From Hyaloraphidium curvatum SAG 235-1 (lineage: Eukaryota; Fungi; Monoblepharomycota), in assembly GCA_025558095.1 (NCBI GenBank), contig JAIVFI010000034.1, forward strand, positions 372,001 to 436,000: 64,000 bases of DNA, read 5' to 3'. This document shows positions 1 through 17,378 of the stretch, piece by piece. The stretch's first letter is position 1, and each line of letters starts with the position of its first letter. The translations under genes and the position numbers were made by a program. The notes beneath the pieces were generated by a model that worked only from the letters and a program-made list of their open reading frames with translations, was not told the origin of the DNA and made no database searches.

Positions 1-308
1 TTCAAACGAACAGCACCGCGGCGCAAGGGAAGAAGAAGGACAAAACGAAGCACAAGAAAGCATCTTTGCACCGCAAAGATTCGGAAATGGCTCTTTTCAA
101 GGACGACGAGCTCGAAGGGAGCGGGCGGAAAGAGAGAGTCGGTGAGGCGGTGGACGGGAAGCGCATGGCAAAGAAGGGCTCTGCTGGCGGCGATTTGGAC
201 TTTGTCCTGGCCGCAGTTGCATCCAGCAAGAAGAAGCGAAAGGCCGGGGAAAAGGAGGAAGGCGATGGGTCGGCGAAGAAGGATAAGCGCCGGAAGTTTG
301 AGGGGTGA
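1..308 (+). CDS. 3' end of an unidentified gene with a Lys/Arg-rich C-terminus (truncated by the window edge)
   Basis: Open frame ending ...SAKKDKRRKFEG-TGA at 306-308; low-complexity basic tail. Confidence 0.5.
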   Translation, partial: QTNSTAAQGKKKDKTKHKKASLHRKDSEMALFKDDELEGSGRKERVGEAVDGKRMAKKGSAGGDLDFVLAAVASSKKKRKAGEKEEGDGSAKKDKRRKFEG

Positions 309-379
309 TGTGTGGGGGGTGATCAAACCCTGGCCATCCAAACAGCTCGCGCGCAATTCCCGCAGCGGGACCCCGGCAA

Positions 380-2545
380 ATGATGGATATCGTGCGCGTT
401 TTCCAGCGAAAGCGTCGAGAGGCAGGTGTGGCTCGCTTGCCCCGGGGCGCCGGCCTTGGCTTCAACCCCGCGCTAGTTCGGCAGACCCGTGGACCTCCGG
501 GACGCATTGGCCTTTAATCTCAATGCCGACATATGGCCCGACAAGGACATCCGGGCAAACTACGTTGCTCGGAAGGAAGTCGCTGCCGAAACGCAATCGG
601 TGCCGGAGCTCTCGGAACACGAGGCCAACACGGAGCACGCGACCCACCAGAGCGTGGCCGTCCAACACTCCGAGGGCGGGTGGCCTCGGGATGTTGATTC
701 TGCGGACAATGAGCAAACCGCTCGCTTCCGGAAGAAGGTGGAAAAGGACGAAGGCTTCGCCAAGTCCGTCAAGAGCCTCGCTGAAGTGCGCACGTCTGCT
801 GGCCACCGGGGAACGCGTGACTGACATTGATCCCAGACCGTGGAGCACGCGATCATGCAGAACAATGCCATCGACATCTATGAAGAGTATTTTCCCGGCG
901 AGAGGGAAGACCTCGTCCAGGAGCAGCCCTCGGCACAGAACATTGGCCGTTACCTGTGAGCGCCGTTGCGGTGGATCATTCTCGTTCCCTGACAGCCGGT
1001 CAAGGTACCCTCACGAGTCGCCGCCTTCAGCAACACACACATCCTGGTACCCCGAAGAAGGACACCGCTTCGCAGTCTCATACGCGTGCCTCGAGTTCCA
1101 AAAGCCGTGGCCACATGGGATACCAAATGCGCTCATTTGGAACGTTGATCGCCACAATGTCCCGGATCAAGTGCTGTCTCCCTCCTCCGCTCTCGTGCAG
1201 TTGAAGTACAACCCGAAAGATCCCCACATTCTCCTCGGCGGCTGTCACAACGGAACCTTGGGTGGGGCTGCACGCACCTACCTGGAGGCACCGCTTGACG
1301 CATTGCTGCAGCATTCTGGGACACCCGCAAGGGTGCGCAAGCAGTGGAAAGCTCGTCCAAGAAGCTTTCGCACGGAGAGCCGGTCTTTGACGTTTCCTGG
1401 ATACAGTCCAAGACAGGTAAGCCGCAGGGGGTCGCTTTAGTGCGCCGCTCATCATGGGCATCCAGGCACGGAGTGCTTCTCCGTGTCAACCGACGGATGG
1501 GTCAAGTGGTGGGATACACGACACCTGGCGGACCCGGTGGATTCACTGGCGATGGACGTGGAAAAGAACGGAAAGCTGGTTGGGGGGACCTGCCTTGATT
1601 ACGATCTATCCCTGGTGGGCGACTCAGGACCCGTGCCGTCATCTTGCTGACATCGATTCAGCCCACCAAGTTTCTGATCGGAACCGAGGCCGGCAGTATC
1701 CTTGCATGCAATCGGAAGCTAAAGGCTGCGTCGGAGAGGATACAGCACACGTACAGCGCTCACTTTACCAGGGTCTGCGCAGTCAAGGTCGGTTGCGTTG
1801 CCTCATCTTGTCCCGCTCCTTGAATGACCTCCCCCTTGGAACAGCGCAACGCATTCTTCCCGAAAGCGTTCCTGTCTGTCGGCGACTGGACGGCAAAGAT
1901 CTGGACCGAAGATGTGCGAACTTCCATCTTCTCGACGGCTCGTGCGCCATCCTACCTCACGGACTGTGCATGGAGCCCGAGCCGGCCAGCAGTCTTTGCC
2001 ACGGCACAAATGGGCGGATCGGTCGACTTCTGGGATTACCTTCGCACGCATCTTCGACCAGTGTTCTCCTTCCAGGTGCGTGACTTGTGCGCACATTCAA
2101 AACTCTAAGATTCTGACTTGTTGCGATGTTACGTCCGCAAAGGTCTCGAAAGCCCCGATCTGCTCCGTCAAGTTCCAAGACCGCGGACTGGCCCTGGCGG
2201 CTGCCGCGCAGGATGGAGCGGTGACGGTCTTGGCCGTGAACGATGCACTCGGTGTCCAGCACAAGGACGAGAAGCAGTCGCTGGGACAGGTACGTGGACG
2301 TGCTTGATCGACATGGATGCCTTGCTGAGGGACGTCGGCAGATGCTCGAGCGCGAAACCAAGCGCGAAAAGAATCTCGAGCTGGCCGCGAAGGAGCGGAG
2401 GATGAAGACGCAGAAGCAGCAGAGAGAGAAGGACGTTGCGCCACCGAATGACAAGGAGAGCGCGGCCGAGATTGAGAAGCTCTACTGGGAGAGATTCAGA
2501 GAAGAAAAGCACAGACTCGAGGAACAGATCCGCAAAACACAATAA
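380..2545 (+). CDS. DNAI2: Axonemal outer-arm dynein intermediate chain (WD40; DNAI2/ODA6 family), multi-exon
   Basis: Spliced product MMDIVRVFQRKRRE|FGRP...SEHEANT...HSEGGWPRDVD...EQTARFRKKVEKDE...QNNAIDIYEEYF matches the DNAI2 N-terminus; WD repeats (FLSVGDWTAKIW, TDCAWSPSRPAVF) and a C-terminal coiled coil (MLERETKREKNLE); first intron is GC-AG (422-476). Confidence 0.9.
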
Positions 2546-2573
2546 ACATGGCCTCAAAGATCAATAATACCCC

Positions 2574-3215
2574 TCATCGGAAGGAATACGAAGGGAGTCC
2601 GGTCCGCAGTAAAGAGTCGTCGGGCGTCAAAGAGAAGGATTGAAATGCCGCACTGGTCGGGAAGAAATAGACACCTGAAAGAGCGCGGCTCCTTCTTTCG
2701 AACGAGATATAGTAGAACCCCTGAAAGCTGACCCCGCTGATGCACGAAGCTCTGTGATCTGGTATTAAGAACTCTTCCTTTAGGCGCATGAAGATGACCG
2801 GAGATTGATGGAAATCCGGTGGCTCGCCCTCCGAACCCAGGAAGGCGGCCTCGAAGCCGTTGGCCTCGAAGCAGGGTCCAAGGCGACGCCAGTGGATCAG
2901 GTCGATTTCCTCCGTCGCTCCCCACTTCCCAGTCCGGAACGCCTGCACAGAACTGATGACTTCCGCCTCCCAAAAGGTCGTCAGAGTCGGACACGAAGGT
3001 GCGAGGTTGCTTATCGAAAAGCTTCCGCTCAGCCTGGCCCCCTCCACCGTGTTGACGGTGATCTTGACGTTGTACGAGCGGTCTCCCGACCGTTGAAGTC
3101 CAACAAAAGCTGTGCCAGGCTCGATTGGCACCACGGGAGGAACATCGGTCCGCGGTGACTTCTGCGTTCTGTCTCCAGTGACAGCCTTGCTGGGAACGTC
3201 CAGTGGAACAGGCAT
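2574..3215 (-). CDS. GID4: Vacuolar import and degradation protein / GID complex N-degron receptor
   Basis: FVGLQRSGDRSYNVKITV, PTLTTFWEAEVI, KWGATEEIDLIHW, FMRLKEEFLIPD, GVSFQGFYYI motifs; ATG at 3215 (an upstream exon is possible). Confidence 0.85.
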   Translation of the reverse strand: MPVPLDVPSKAVTGDRTQKSPRTDVPPVVPIEPGTAFVGLQRSGDRSYNVKITVNTVEGARLSGSFSISNLAPSCPTLTTFWEAEVISSVQAFRTGKWGATEEIDLIHWRRLGPCFEANGFEAAFLGSEGEPPDFHQSPVIFMRLKEEFLIPDHRASCISGVSFQGFYYISFERRSRALSGVYFFPTSAAFQSFSLTPDDSLLRTGLPSYSFR

Positions 3216-3284
3216 GGCAAGTGGCTCCGCGACTGAGGCCAAAACCGGCGAGGTGGAATTAGTCTCTTAAACCTTAACTGCTGC

Positions 3285-3390
3285 CCCGCAAATGGAGGCC
3301 AATGCTAGTGGTCCCGCAAAAGGAGGTCCAATGCTAGCGAGCCGAAAGGTCTCCCGAGGCCAGATATGAAAGGTCTCCCAGGGCCAGATA
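3285..3390. repeat. Two pairs of short imperfect direct repeats upstream of GID4
   Basis: cccgcaaa(t/a)ggagg(t)ccaatgctag x2, followed by gaaaggtctccc(ga/ag)ggccagata x2. Confidence 0.7.
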
Positions 3391-3625
3391 GGCCTCAATC
3401 GGGCACGCGAGCCAGGTAGAGGAGCCCGCAGAACTCAACGCGCTGAAATGGCCGGCCGCAGGCGAAGGAAAGGGTAGCCGACGGGGCGGGGAAAGGAACG
3501 GGATGGTTTCGCAGGATCGGCCATGGCGATCGGCGGCGCGGCCACGGGTCGGCAAAACCCCCAGAATGGACTACGAAGATGCGAAACAAGACCGCGTCAG
3601 ATTCATTCATGCCATTGCCTCAGAT

Positions 3626-5066
3626 TCATTCATGCTCATCGATGGCCAGGGCGGCAGACACGACCAGCAGGCCGACCGTCGCCCAAAAGTGTTCGCGGAT
3701 CCCCCGGTAGAGACCCTTGAGTCCGAAGCCGTCCCACCACGGCCGCGGGCCGCCGCCGGGAACAGCAGAAGGGCGTCGTTTCCCCTTCGAACCCCTCTTG
3801 TGGGACACGCCCCCTTCCTCGACCACGATTCTGGCCATGCAGTCCCAAATGCCCGTGTACGGCAGGGGCCGCAGCTCTACCAGGGGTCTAAAGGGCGCAT
3901 TGTCCACAAGAAAACGCGGTCGCGGCTGGCACATGAGGCGGCGGCGGGCAGTCTCCACGGGGAGCACAAAAAGCAGCTCCGCGGTGTTGATGGCGAGCTC
4001 GCAGAGTGCGAAGAGAACAGGAGCATCCTGGCTCGAAATGCCAAGCACTCGGGTGATGAGGATGGGAGGGGAGCTGCGGAACACGCAGGTAAGCGCGTGA
4101 TACAAGACGGTGGCGGTAAGGAGAGGGGGGCTGAAGACGACGGAGAGGCCTTCCTCGGCCGCGACCTTGGAGAGACCATCGACGAGCCCGTTGTACTTCC
4201 GATATCGAGCCGATGCAGACTGCACGACGAGCCTGGAAAGCGGGACACGGGCGTTAGGTGCGAGCGAGGCCGCGACGCCAAATCCGCGATTCCACCTCGT
4301 CCGAACGAGCTCGATAGGGCTCAACACCACGCCGGTCAGGATGTGGCTCCCCAGGTGTGTCAAAAGATTGGGCACGAAACTGTCCAAGTGGACCAAGGGT
4401 ATGGAATCGTCGGGAAGTCCGCACGTTTCGTTGAAGAAGCCCTCCAGCGTGGGCTGCATCAGGACGGACAGCATCTCGTAGGTCCAATTCGAGAGCTGGC
4501 CTGCGGTGGGCGCGTGTTGGCGACCTCGCCGAGTCCATGGTGCCACGGCGATTACCTTTCCACAACGACAAAACGCCTTCGTCATCCAAAACCTGGCCGG
4601 CCGTGCTCATCAGCCCACCATCCTGCGGTTTCATTTGGTACGGAGGCCGCGCTGGGTCGTCCTCGTCGAAGGACGCCCGAAACAGGTATCCCATCGGATC
4701 GACGGGCAAGGGAGCCCAGCCGTTCAAGACGGTAGAATCCGAGATGCTGTCCGAGAGATCCGAGGACGGAATGGACTGGTCGTCTGCCTCCTCGACCTGC
4801 TCCAACTGTCAAGCACATGTCAAGGCCACGCTTTGCCGACCCACCTCTGAACCATCGTCGTTCGCCTCCTTGCCCGGCTCGTCCGCGCCGTTGTCCCTCG
4901 CAGCATTGCTCGGGCCACCTCGCCCGACGCTGTCCATGAAATCATCGCTGGGTATGTGGCTGACTTGCTGAAGGATCTTTGCGTTCTCCAGTGGCGACAG
5001 GAGCGCCGTCGACGCGAAGCGTATCCCCGCGAAAGTCAAGAAGCTGCCGCCATCGGCATCGGCCAT
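3626..5066 (-). CDS. UGO1: Mitochondrial fusion protein Ugo1 / SLC25A46-like carrier-fold protein, multi-exon
   Basis: SPLENAKILQQV, acidic insert, DEGVLSLWKGQ, SPIELVRTRLVVQ, LPVETARRRL, YTGIWDCMARIVVEEG, GLKGLYRG; three GT-AG introns. Confidence 0.8.
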
Positions 5067-5222
5067 GCCTCCGATTCGCCGCCCGCGACACCGCGTCCAG
5101 GCTACCAAGACTGCGCGTCGATCGTCGACGCGTGATCACGCTTCCCAGCCAGATCAGTCACCTCCCCTGGTCGCCAGGACTTTTGACACGATACCCCCGT
5201 GTTCTCGGCCGAGAATCCGACC

Positions 5223-7240
5223 ATGGCGGACAGCAAAAACACGGTATTGGCAATTGGAGGCGATCGGACCACCGGGCAGGAGGTGCGGCAGCAGAACGGT
5301 GAGCTTTGGCTTCGTTTTCGCCACGCCCCCCGGAACGCGATTCGACGCGATGGGACGTTCCCGACGCGCAGTGCTCGCCGCGATGTCGATCGCAAACATA
5401 GTCAAGAGCTCTCTCGGGCCGGTGGGGCTGGATAAGATGATGGTGGACGACATTGGGGACGTGACCATCTCCAACGACGGGGCGACGATCCTCCGCCTTT
5501 TGGAGGTCCAGCATCCCGCGGCCCGGGTTCTGGTCGAGCTGGCCCAGCAGCAGGATAAGGAGGTCGGCGACGGCACCACCTCCGTGGTCATTATTGCCGC
5601 CGAGCTGCTCCGCCGGGCAAACGACCTGGTGAAGAACAAGATCCACCCAACAACGATCATCACCGGGTACCGTCTCGCCAGCAAGGAAGCGGTCAAGTTC
5701 GTCGCGGACCAGATGAGCATCAAGGTGGACTCGATTGGCAAGGAGTGCTTGATCAACATCGCCAAGACTAGCATGTCGAGCAAGGTCATTGGAACGTGAG
5801 GATGACCATCTCGATCGCGGTGCATCGACCAAGAGCTTGACACACCGTCGCAGTGACGACGACTTTTTCGGCGCCATGGTCGTCGACGCCATCAACGCCG
5901 TCAAGACCGTGGGCGGCCGTGGCGAAGCCTCGTACCCCGTGAAGGCCATCAACATACTGAAGGCGCACGGCAAAAGTGTGCGCGAGTCCGTGCTGGTCAA
6001 GGGTTACGCCTTGAATTGCACCGTTGCCTCGCAAGGTGGGTTGCCGAAGGCTCGGCGCTGATTGAGTTTCAACCGTGCCGATCTAGCCATCAAGACCCGC
6101 GTCACTGGGGCCAAAATTGCCTGCCTGGACATCAACCTCCAGAGGGCCCGCATGCACCTGGGGGTCAACATCGTCATCGACGATCCGAACAAGCTGGAGG
6201 ACGTTCGGAAACGGTATGTTTAAGTTTCCCCGAACCCGTCTCCCGCTAATCCCACCGATTTTGCTAGTGAGATTGACATTACCATGGAAAGAATTCGGAA
6301 GATTCTGGACGCGGGAGCGAACGTCATCCTGACCACGAAGGGGATCGACGATCTCTGCCTAAAGCCCTTCGTCGAGGCAGGCGCTATGGCCGTACGGCGT
6401 GTGAAGAAGGAGGACATGAAGAGGATTGCCAAAGCGACCGGAGGTGGGTCCAGGAGGCACTGAGCGATGCTGTTCAAGCTAAGCAATCCGTGCCAGCAAC
6501 GCTCGTGTCGACGCTGGCGAACCTCGAGGGGGAAGAGACTTTCGAGGCTTCGCTGCTAGGCCACGCCGACGAAGTTTGCCAGGAGCGGATTTCCGACGAC
6601 GAGTGCATCCTAATCAAGGGCACCAAGGCACAGTCGTCAGCGTCCATCATCCTGCGAGGCGCAAACGACTACTTGCTGGACGAAATGGAACGATCTATTC
6701 ATGACAGCTTGAGTGCCGTTCGGCGAACGCTGGAAAGCGGGACCGTGGTTCCCGGTGGTGGCGCCGTCGAGACCGGTCTGAGCATTTACCTCGAGAACTT
6801 CGCGACCACGGTTGTGAGTAGGGCAGGGCTCTCTGCTTCTATTCAAGCTGACAAAGTTTACGCGTGTTGTTTTTCAGAGCTCGCGCGAGCAATTGGCAAT
6901 CGCCGAATTCGCCAACGCAATGCTCGTGATCCCCAAGACGCTGGCGGTCAACGCGGCGAAGGATTCGACCGACCTGGTCGCCAAGCTGCGCGCATACCAC
7001 AATTCGGCGCAGATCGCGGCGGAGTCGGATCCTAAGAAGCAGCTCAAATGGTTTGGACTGGATCTCATCAAGGGAGAGCTCAGGGACAACGTGAAAGCCG
7101 GCGTCCTCGAGCCCGCCATCAGCAAGATCAAGAGCCTGAAGGCAGCAACGGAAGCAGCGATCGCAATCCTCCGCATCGACGATCGGATTGTGATCGACTC
7201 CAAACAAGCACCGGAGGATCCGCACGGGGACCTGCACTAA
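5223..7240 (+). CDS. TCP1: Chaperonin CCT alpha subunit
   Basis: [65 protein letters not shown]; six GT-AG introns. Confidence 0.97.
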
Positions 7241-7299
7241 ACACTGCGCAGCACGCTTCAACCATACCATTGTATACCCGTGGGCTACAACCGTAGAAT

Positions 7300-13311
<6,012 letters not shown>

Positions 13312-14204
13312 CGTGGAATGGCGCTGCCGAAGAGTTCTCGGTGCGGATGGAAGGGATCAATTGCAGACCTCGACAAAATTCCTAAGCGCCTCAAAACGCG
13401 TCCAGGCGTCGCGAAATCGTCGGGAGGAACGAATCTCATAGTGCATTCACTGGAGCAACGGAGCATTGACCAGCAACGGGCACATGGGCCGCGATTCCTG
13501 ATGCTGGCACGTTGCGGAAAGGCACCGGGACGCACGGATCCGGATTGTCTCTGCGCGATACCATTGCCCCTTAGGCAAGGAATACATCTTTCCCAACGAT
13601 CTTCATTGGCGACAAGATCGGGGAGGAGGGGGGAGGGGGAGAGATGGGGAGGGTAGGCCCCCTCCTAAATCCTAAGACACCAGTCCGCGATGCTGCGCCG
13701 ACGCACTCAAAGCTGACAAGCGAATGAATGTTTCTGCTGCTTCATACGGGTAGTATGCGGTGTGCAACACTTAGGAACAGCAATCACCTGAGGAAGGACA
13801 AGTTCCAAAGACATCGGGACTGCAAATAGCGTTCTCACCGCTTCCCTATGCATGCTGCTTGCTAACTGCAGGAGCTTCGTCAAGACACCCGCCTACATGA
13901 TACCCGATACCCTTGCAGAACCATGCCTTTGGCAGGGGCATGCAAGTTGCATTGTGTGGTCAGAGACACTATTGCTTCGCTCTTTGAATGCAGGCATCTG
14001 ATGCAACTGGAGAGATGGGTGTGCCCCAAACAGGTTGTGCACATGCTTTGGGGCGCATGTCAGGACGGGCGTTGGAAGATGGCATAGTCATGGGTTGGTT
14101 AGGGAGAGCATATTGGGGTGGTCCAAATAAACACCGTGTAGCCCCACTGCTTCTCACTGCGTACATAGACATCCCGCCGCCTCAATGCTGTGCAGTCCCC
14201 ACTA

Positions 14205-14279
14205 GGGCCCAGCTGGCCCCTGGGTTCTTGACAGCCGGATGGACGTCCAGAAGCTGCTCTGCTCTACCCACCACTTGGT
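14205..14279 (+). mobile_element. LINE copy A: short remnant of the C-terminal region of the local non-LTR retrotransposon
   Basis: Translates DVQKLLCSTHHL, matching RRDVQKLLCSTHDL near the C-terminus of copy C. Confidence 0.65.
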
Positions 14280-14916
14280 GGCGGTGAACAAGGTGGCAAA
14301 GGGGAAGTACGACAAGGTCAGTGTGCATGAGGCGGCTGATAAGTTCCTGAACGGCTTTGCGGATTCTGCGGAGAGGACCGAGATCGACTGCAAGCTGTCA
14401 CGCCTTCTTGAGCTGTGATCCCTCATGGAGAAGGAGGACTGGAAGAAGGAGTATCAGCGGAAGGGACGAGAGTTGGAGAAGGAGAGGAAAAAGCTGGAGA
14501 AGAAGATGCGGGAGATTACGGAGCACAAGAACTCTGAGCGGCTGGAACGTCTCTTCAGGCGAGAGCCTAAGCGATGCTACCAACTGCTTGGGAAGACTTA
14601 TGCGAGGCGGAAGGGCAATCCTGTGCCCCTTACGGTGCTGGTACGCCACATGGAGATGGTTGCCAGCACCGAGTACGTGACCAAGATCGAGGAAGACCCC
14701 AGGCTCACGTTCCCACCGCTTCCCAAGGCCACGATCACGCCTCCAGGGAACCTGCTGCGCCCCATCACCCTCAAGGAGCTTGAGAAGGTCCTGAAGAAGG
14801 CTCCTAACGGCAGGGCAGCGGATGAGGATGGGATCAGGCTCGAGTTCGTCAAGTACGGGACCACTGTGCTGAGGCAAGCTGTTGTCGATCTGCTCAACGA
14901 CGTGCTCAATGGGGTC
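14280..14916 (+). mobile_element. LINE copy B, part 1 (5'-truncated; linker and start of RT)
   Basis: ...PITLKELEKVLKKAPNGRAADEDGIRLEFVKYG...LLNDVLNGV; in-frame TGA at about 14416; homologous to the 5' end of copy C. Confidence 0.85.
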
Positions 14917-17000
14917 AATAGAATAGTATTGGTGACCCGGACCTGCCCCTGGCTTGGCCGCTGTTACACCATGAGTTTGCTGCTAATTGCAAAGTTCATC
15001 GTCGGCGTGTGTCTTTTTCATTTTCCCAGTTTTCCTGTCCTTCATGGACTTTGAGATGAAGCTGGCAATGGAGTTGAGGGCCTTCTCCTTCTGCCGCCTC
15101 GCTTTGATCGTGGGCTCGAACTCCTTGATGCTAAGAGCCCAGAGCCAGGTCTCCATGTTCCACTCGCGGCCTAGTGCTTCCAATCTAGTCTGCAGCTTCT
15201 GGCGCCGCTCCGCATTTGCTGAACAGTGAAACAGAAAGTGTTGTTCGTCTCCAATGTGCTCAGGGTCATGCTTGCACGTTCTCTGCTGCACCTCAAGTCC
15301 TTGGTGCCTGCCTGTCTCCACCTCCAGGTCGTGGGTAGAGCACAGCAACTTTTGGACATCCCTCCGGTGCTTCTCCACCCGGATCAGGGATGGTCCGATG
15401 TGGCCAAAGGTCATGTCACACATCCTCCAAAAGTGCAGTTTGTCGTTGTCCTTGAGCCTCTGGGCATTGATCTCCCTGAACTTGCCCTTCACAAGATTCT
15501 CCACAGTCTCCTTGGGCCATGAGAAAGTGTCCTTCTCCCACATCTCCCTCCCATCTTCGCCACCATAGTATACAAGTAGTTCCCTCAGGAAGGCAGCCCA
15601 GTTCCAGGACCCCTTCAGTGCCTCGATCTTGAGCTCTTTGTAAAGTAGGTACAGCGCAGGATCCGCTGTTTTGATGCGCATGAGGAACTTGAGTGCCGAC
15701 TCGTGGTCATGAACTGCAAGGGGGTACTGGCCAGTGATCGCATACAGACAGGCCAGGGAGGTAGACTTGGGCAGATGAGTGACGGCACGAAGAGCCATGC
15801 ATGTCACTTTGTCCCTGGTGCTTTCCCCGGCAAGGTACTCCTCCTTCGGCATCTCAGCAATGAACGGGTTCCCATATTGGCCCACTGCCTTGACCTTTGT
15901 GTTGTAGAGCTTGAGCTGGAGGTCAGGACTCATCCCAGGCTGCTCCCTGGTGTCACGGAGCCAGAGCCCATAAGCAGCGTTCATCTTGGCCTCTCTGCCA
16001 TGCACATGGTCCTTGCTCCGGCCGGTTGAGGTCAGCTGATACCCCAGAAGCTTGAAGCTGTCAACCCTCTTCAGCTCCTGGTCCCTGTACATGACCTTTA
16101 CACGGTGAGGTATCCTCCTGGCCATCCACTCTGTCTTGCTGACGTTGATCTCCAGCCCATTGGCACTGGCATATGCAGACAGAAGATCCAGCTGCATCTT
16201 GGCATCCTTCACCGTCTTCGAGATCAAAGTGGTGTCGTCTGCAAAGAACAGAGCTAGCAAGCTGACCATCCTCTCCTGATCCTCTTCCTCCTCAGACACC
16301 ATGCCCAGATCCATCCCTTTTGCACCATTGGCCTCCATGAAAGCAGTGATGTCGTTGATGAACAAGATGAAGAACAGCGATGAGAGAGGGTCCCCCTGCT
16401 TCACTCCGGTCAGGAACTTGATGAAGTCTGACTTGGTCCCGTCTTCATCCCGGAGCCGTCCCCACACGCGCCCGAACGCCATCTCGAACATGTCAACAAC
16501 CTGTTTGGGTACTCCCATCTCCTCCAGCTTCTGCCATAACCTGGGGCGCTCCACCGTGTCAAAAGCCTTTGTGAAATCTACAAACATCATGATCAGCTTC
16601 TCCTTGCGTGCCTTGGCCAAGGAGAAGAGTGCCTCGGCAAGGAAGACTGCATGAAGGGTCGATCTCCGTGCACGGAATCCAAACTGCGAGCCTTCCAGCA
16701 GCTTGTTGCACTCAGCCCAGGGAGCTAGCCGAGCGTTCCAGACCAGGGAGAAGACCTTCTCTAGCGTCCTCTCTATGCTGATGCCTCGGTAGTTGCCAGC
16801 CACGTTCTTGGGCCCCTTCTTGTGCAGCATCACCAGCAGTGTCTGGCCCCAGTCATCCATCTTGACGCCATTGAGCACGTCGTTGAGGAGGTTGACAACA
16901 GCTTGCTTCAGTACTGCAGTCCCGTACTTGACGAACTCGAGCCGGATCCCATCCTCGTCCTTTGCCTTGCCGTTGGGGGCCTTCTTCAAGACCCTCTCCC
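14917..17000 (-). mobile_element. LINE copy C: 5'-truncated non-LTR retrotransposon (RT, C-terminal Cys/His motif, 3' UTR) inserted antisense in copy B
   Basis: ORF to the stop at 14983 with NYRGISI, QFGFR, FVDFTKAFDTV, GVKQGDPLS, FFADD, GLEINVSKT, FKLLG and CKHDPEHIGDEQHFLFHC; 3' end ...gggtcaccaatactattctatt. Confidence 0.93.
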
Positions 17001-17295
17001 GACATGCAAGACTGGGGCCAGACACTGCTGGTGATGCTGCACAAGAAGGGGCCCAAGAACGTGGCTGGCAACTACCGGGGCATCAGCATAGAGAGGACAC
17101 TGGAGAAGGTCTTCTCCCTGGTCTGGAACGCTCGGCTAGCTCCCTGGGCTGACTGCAACAAGCTGCTGGAAGGCTCGCAGTTTGGATTCCGGGCACAGAG
17201 GTCCACCCTTCATGCAGTGTTCCTCGCTGAGGCGCTCTTCTCCTTGGCCAAGGCACGCAAGGAGAAGCTAATCATGGTGTTTGTAGATTTCACAA
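17001..17295 (+). mobile_element. LINE copy B, part 2
   Basis: Resumes copy B exactly (GV|DMQDWGQTLLVMLHKKG...FVDFT). Confidence 0.88.
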
Positions 17296-17378
17296 AAATG
17301 AGTGCATGGGGCAAGAAGCAAGCTTCTTGCTGCACAGTGCCTTTTGACAAGCCGAAGGTTGTATTCAAGCCCAACATA

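Noticed and set aside
13660-14200. LTR or terminal repeat bounding the island
   Set aside because: No matching direct or inverted copy found at the other end; left unclassified
14280-17295. Twin-priming 5' inversion of a single LINE
   Set aside because: The 3' tail faces inward, the overlapping parts are diverged, and the plus copy resumes seamlessly on both sides, so these are separate nested copies
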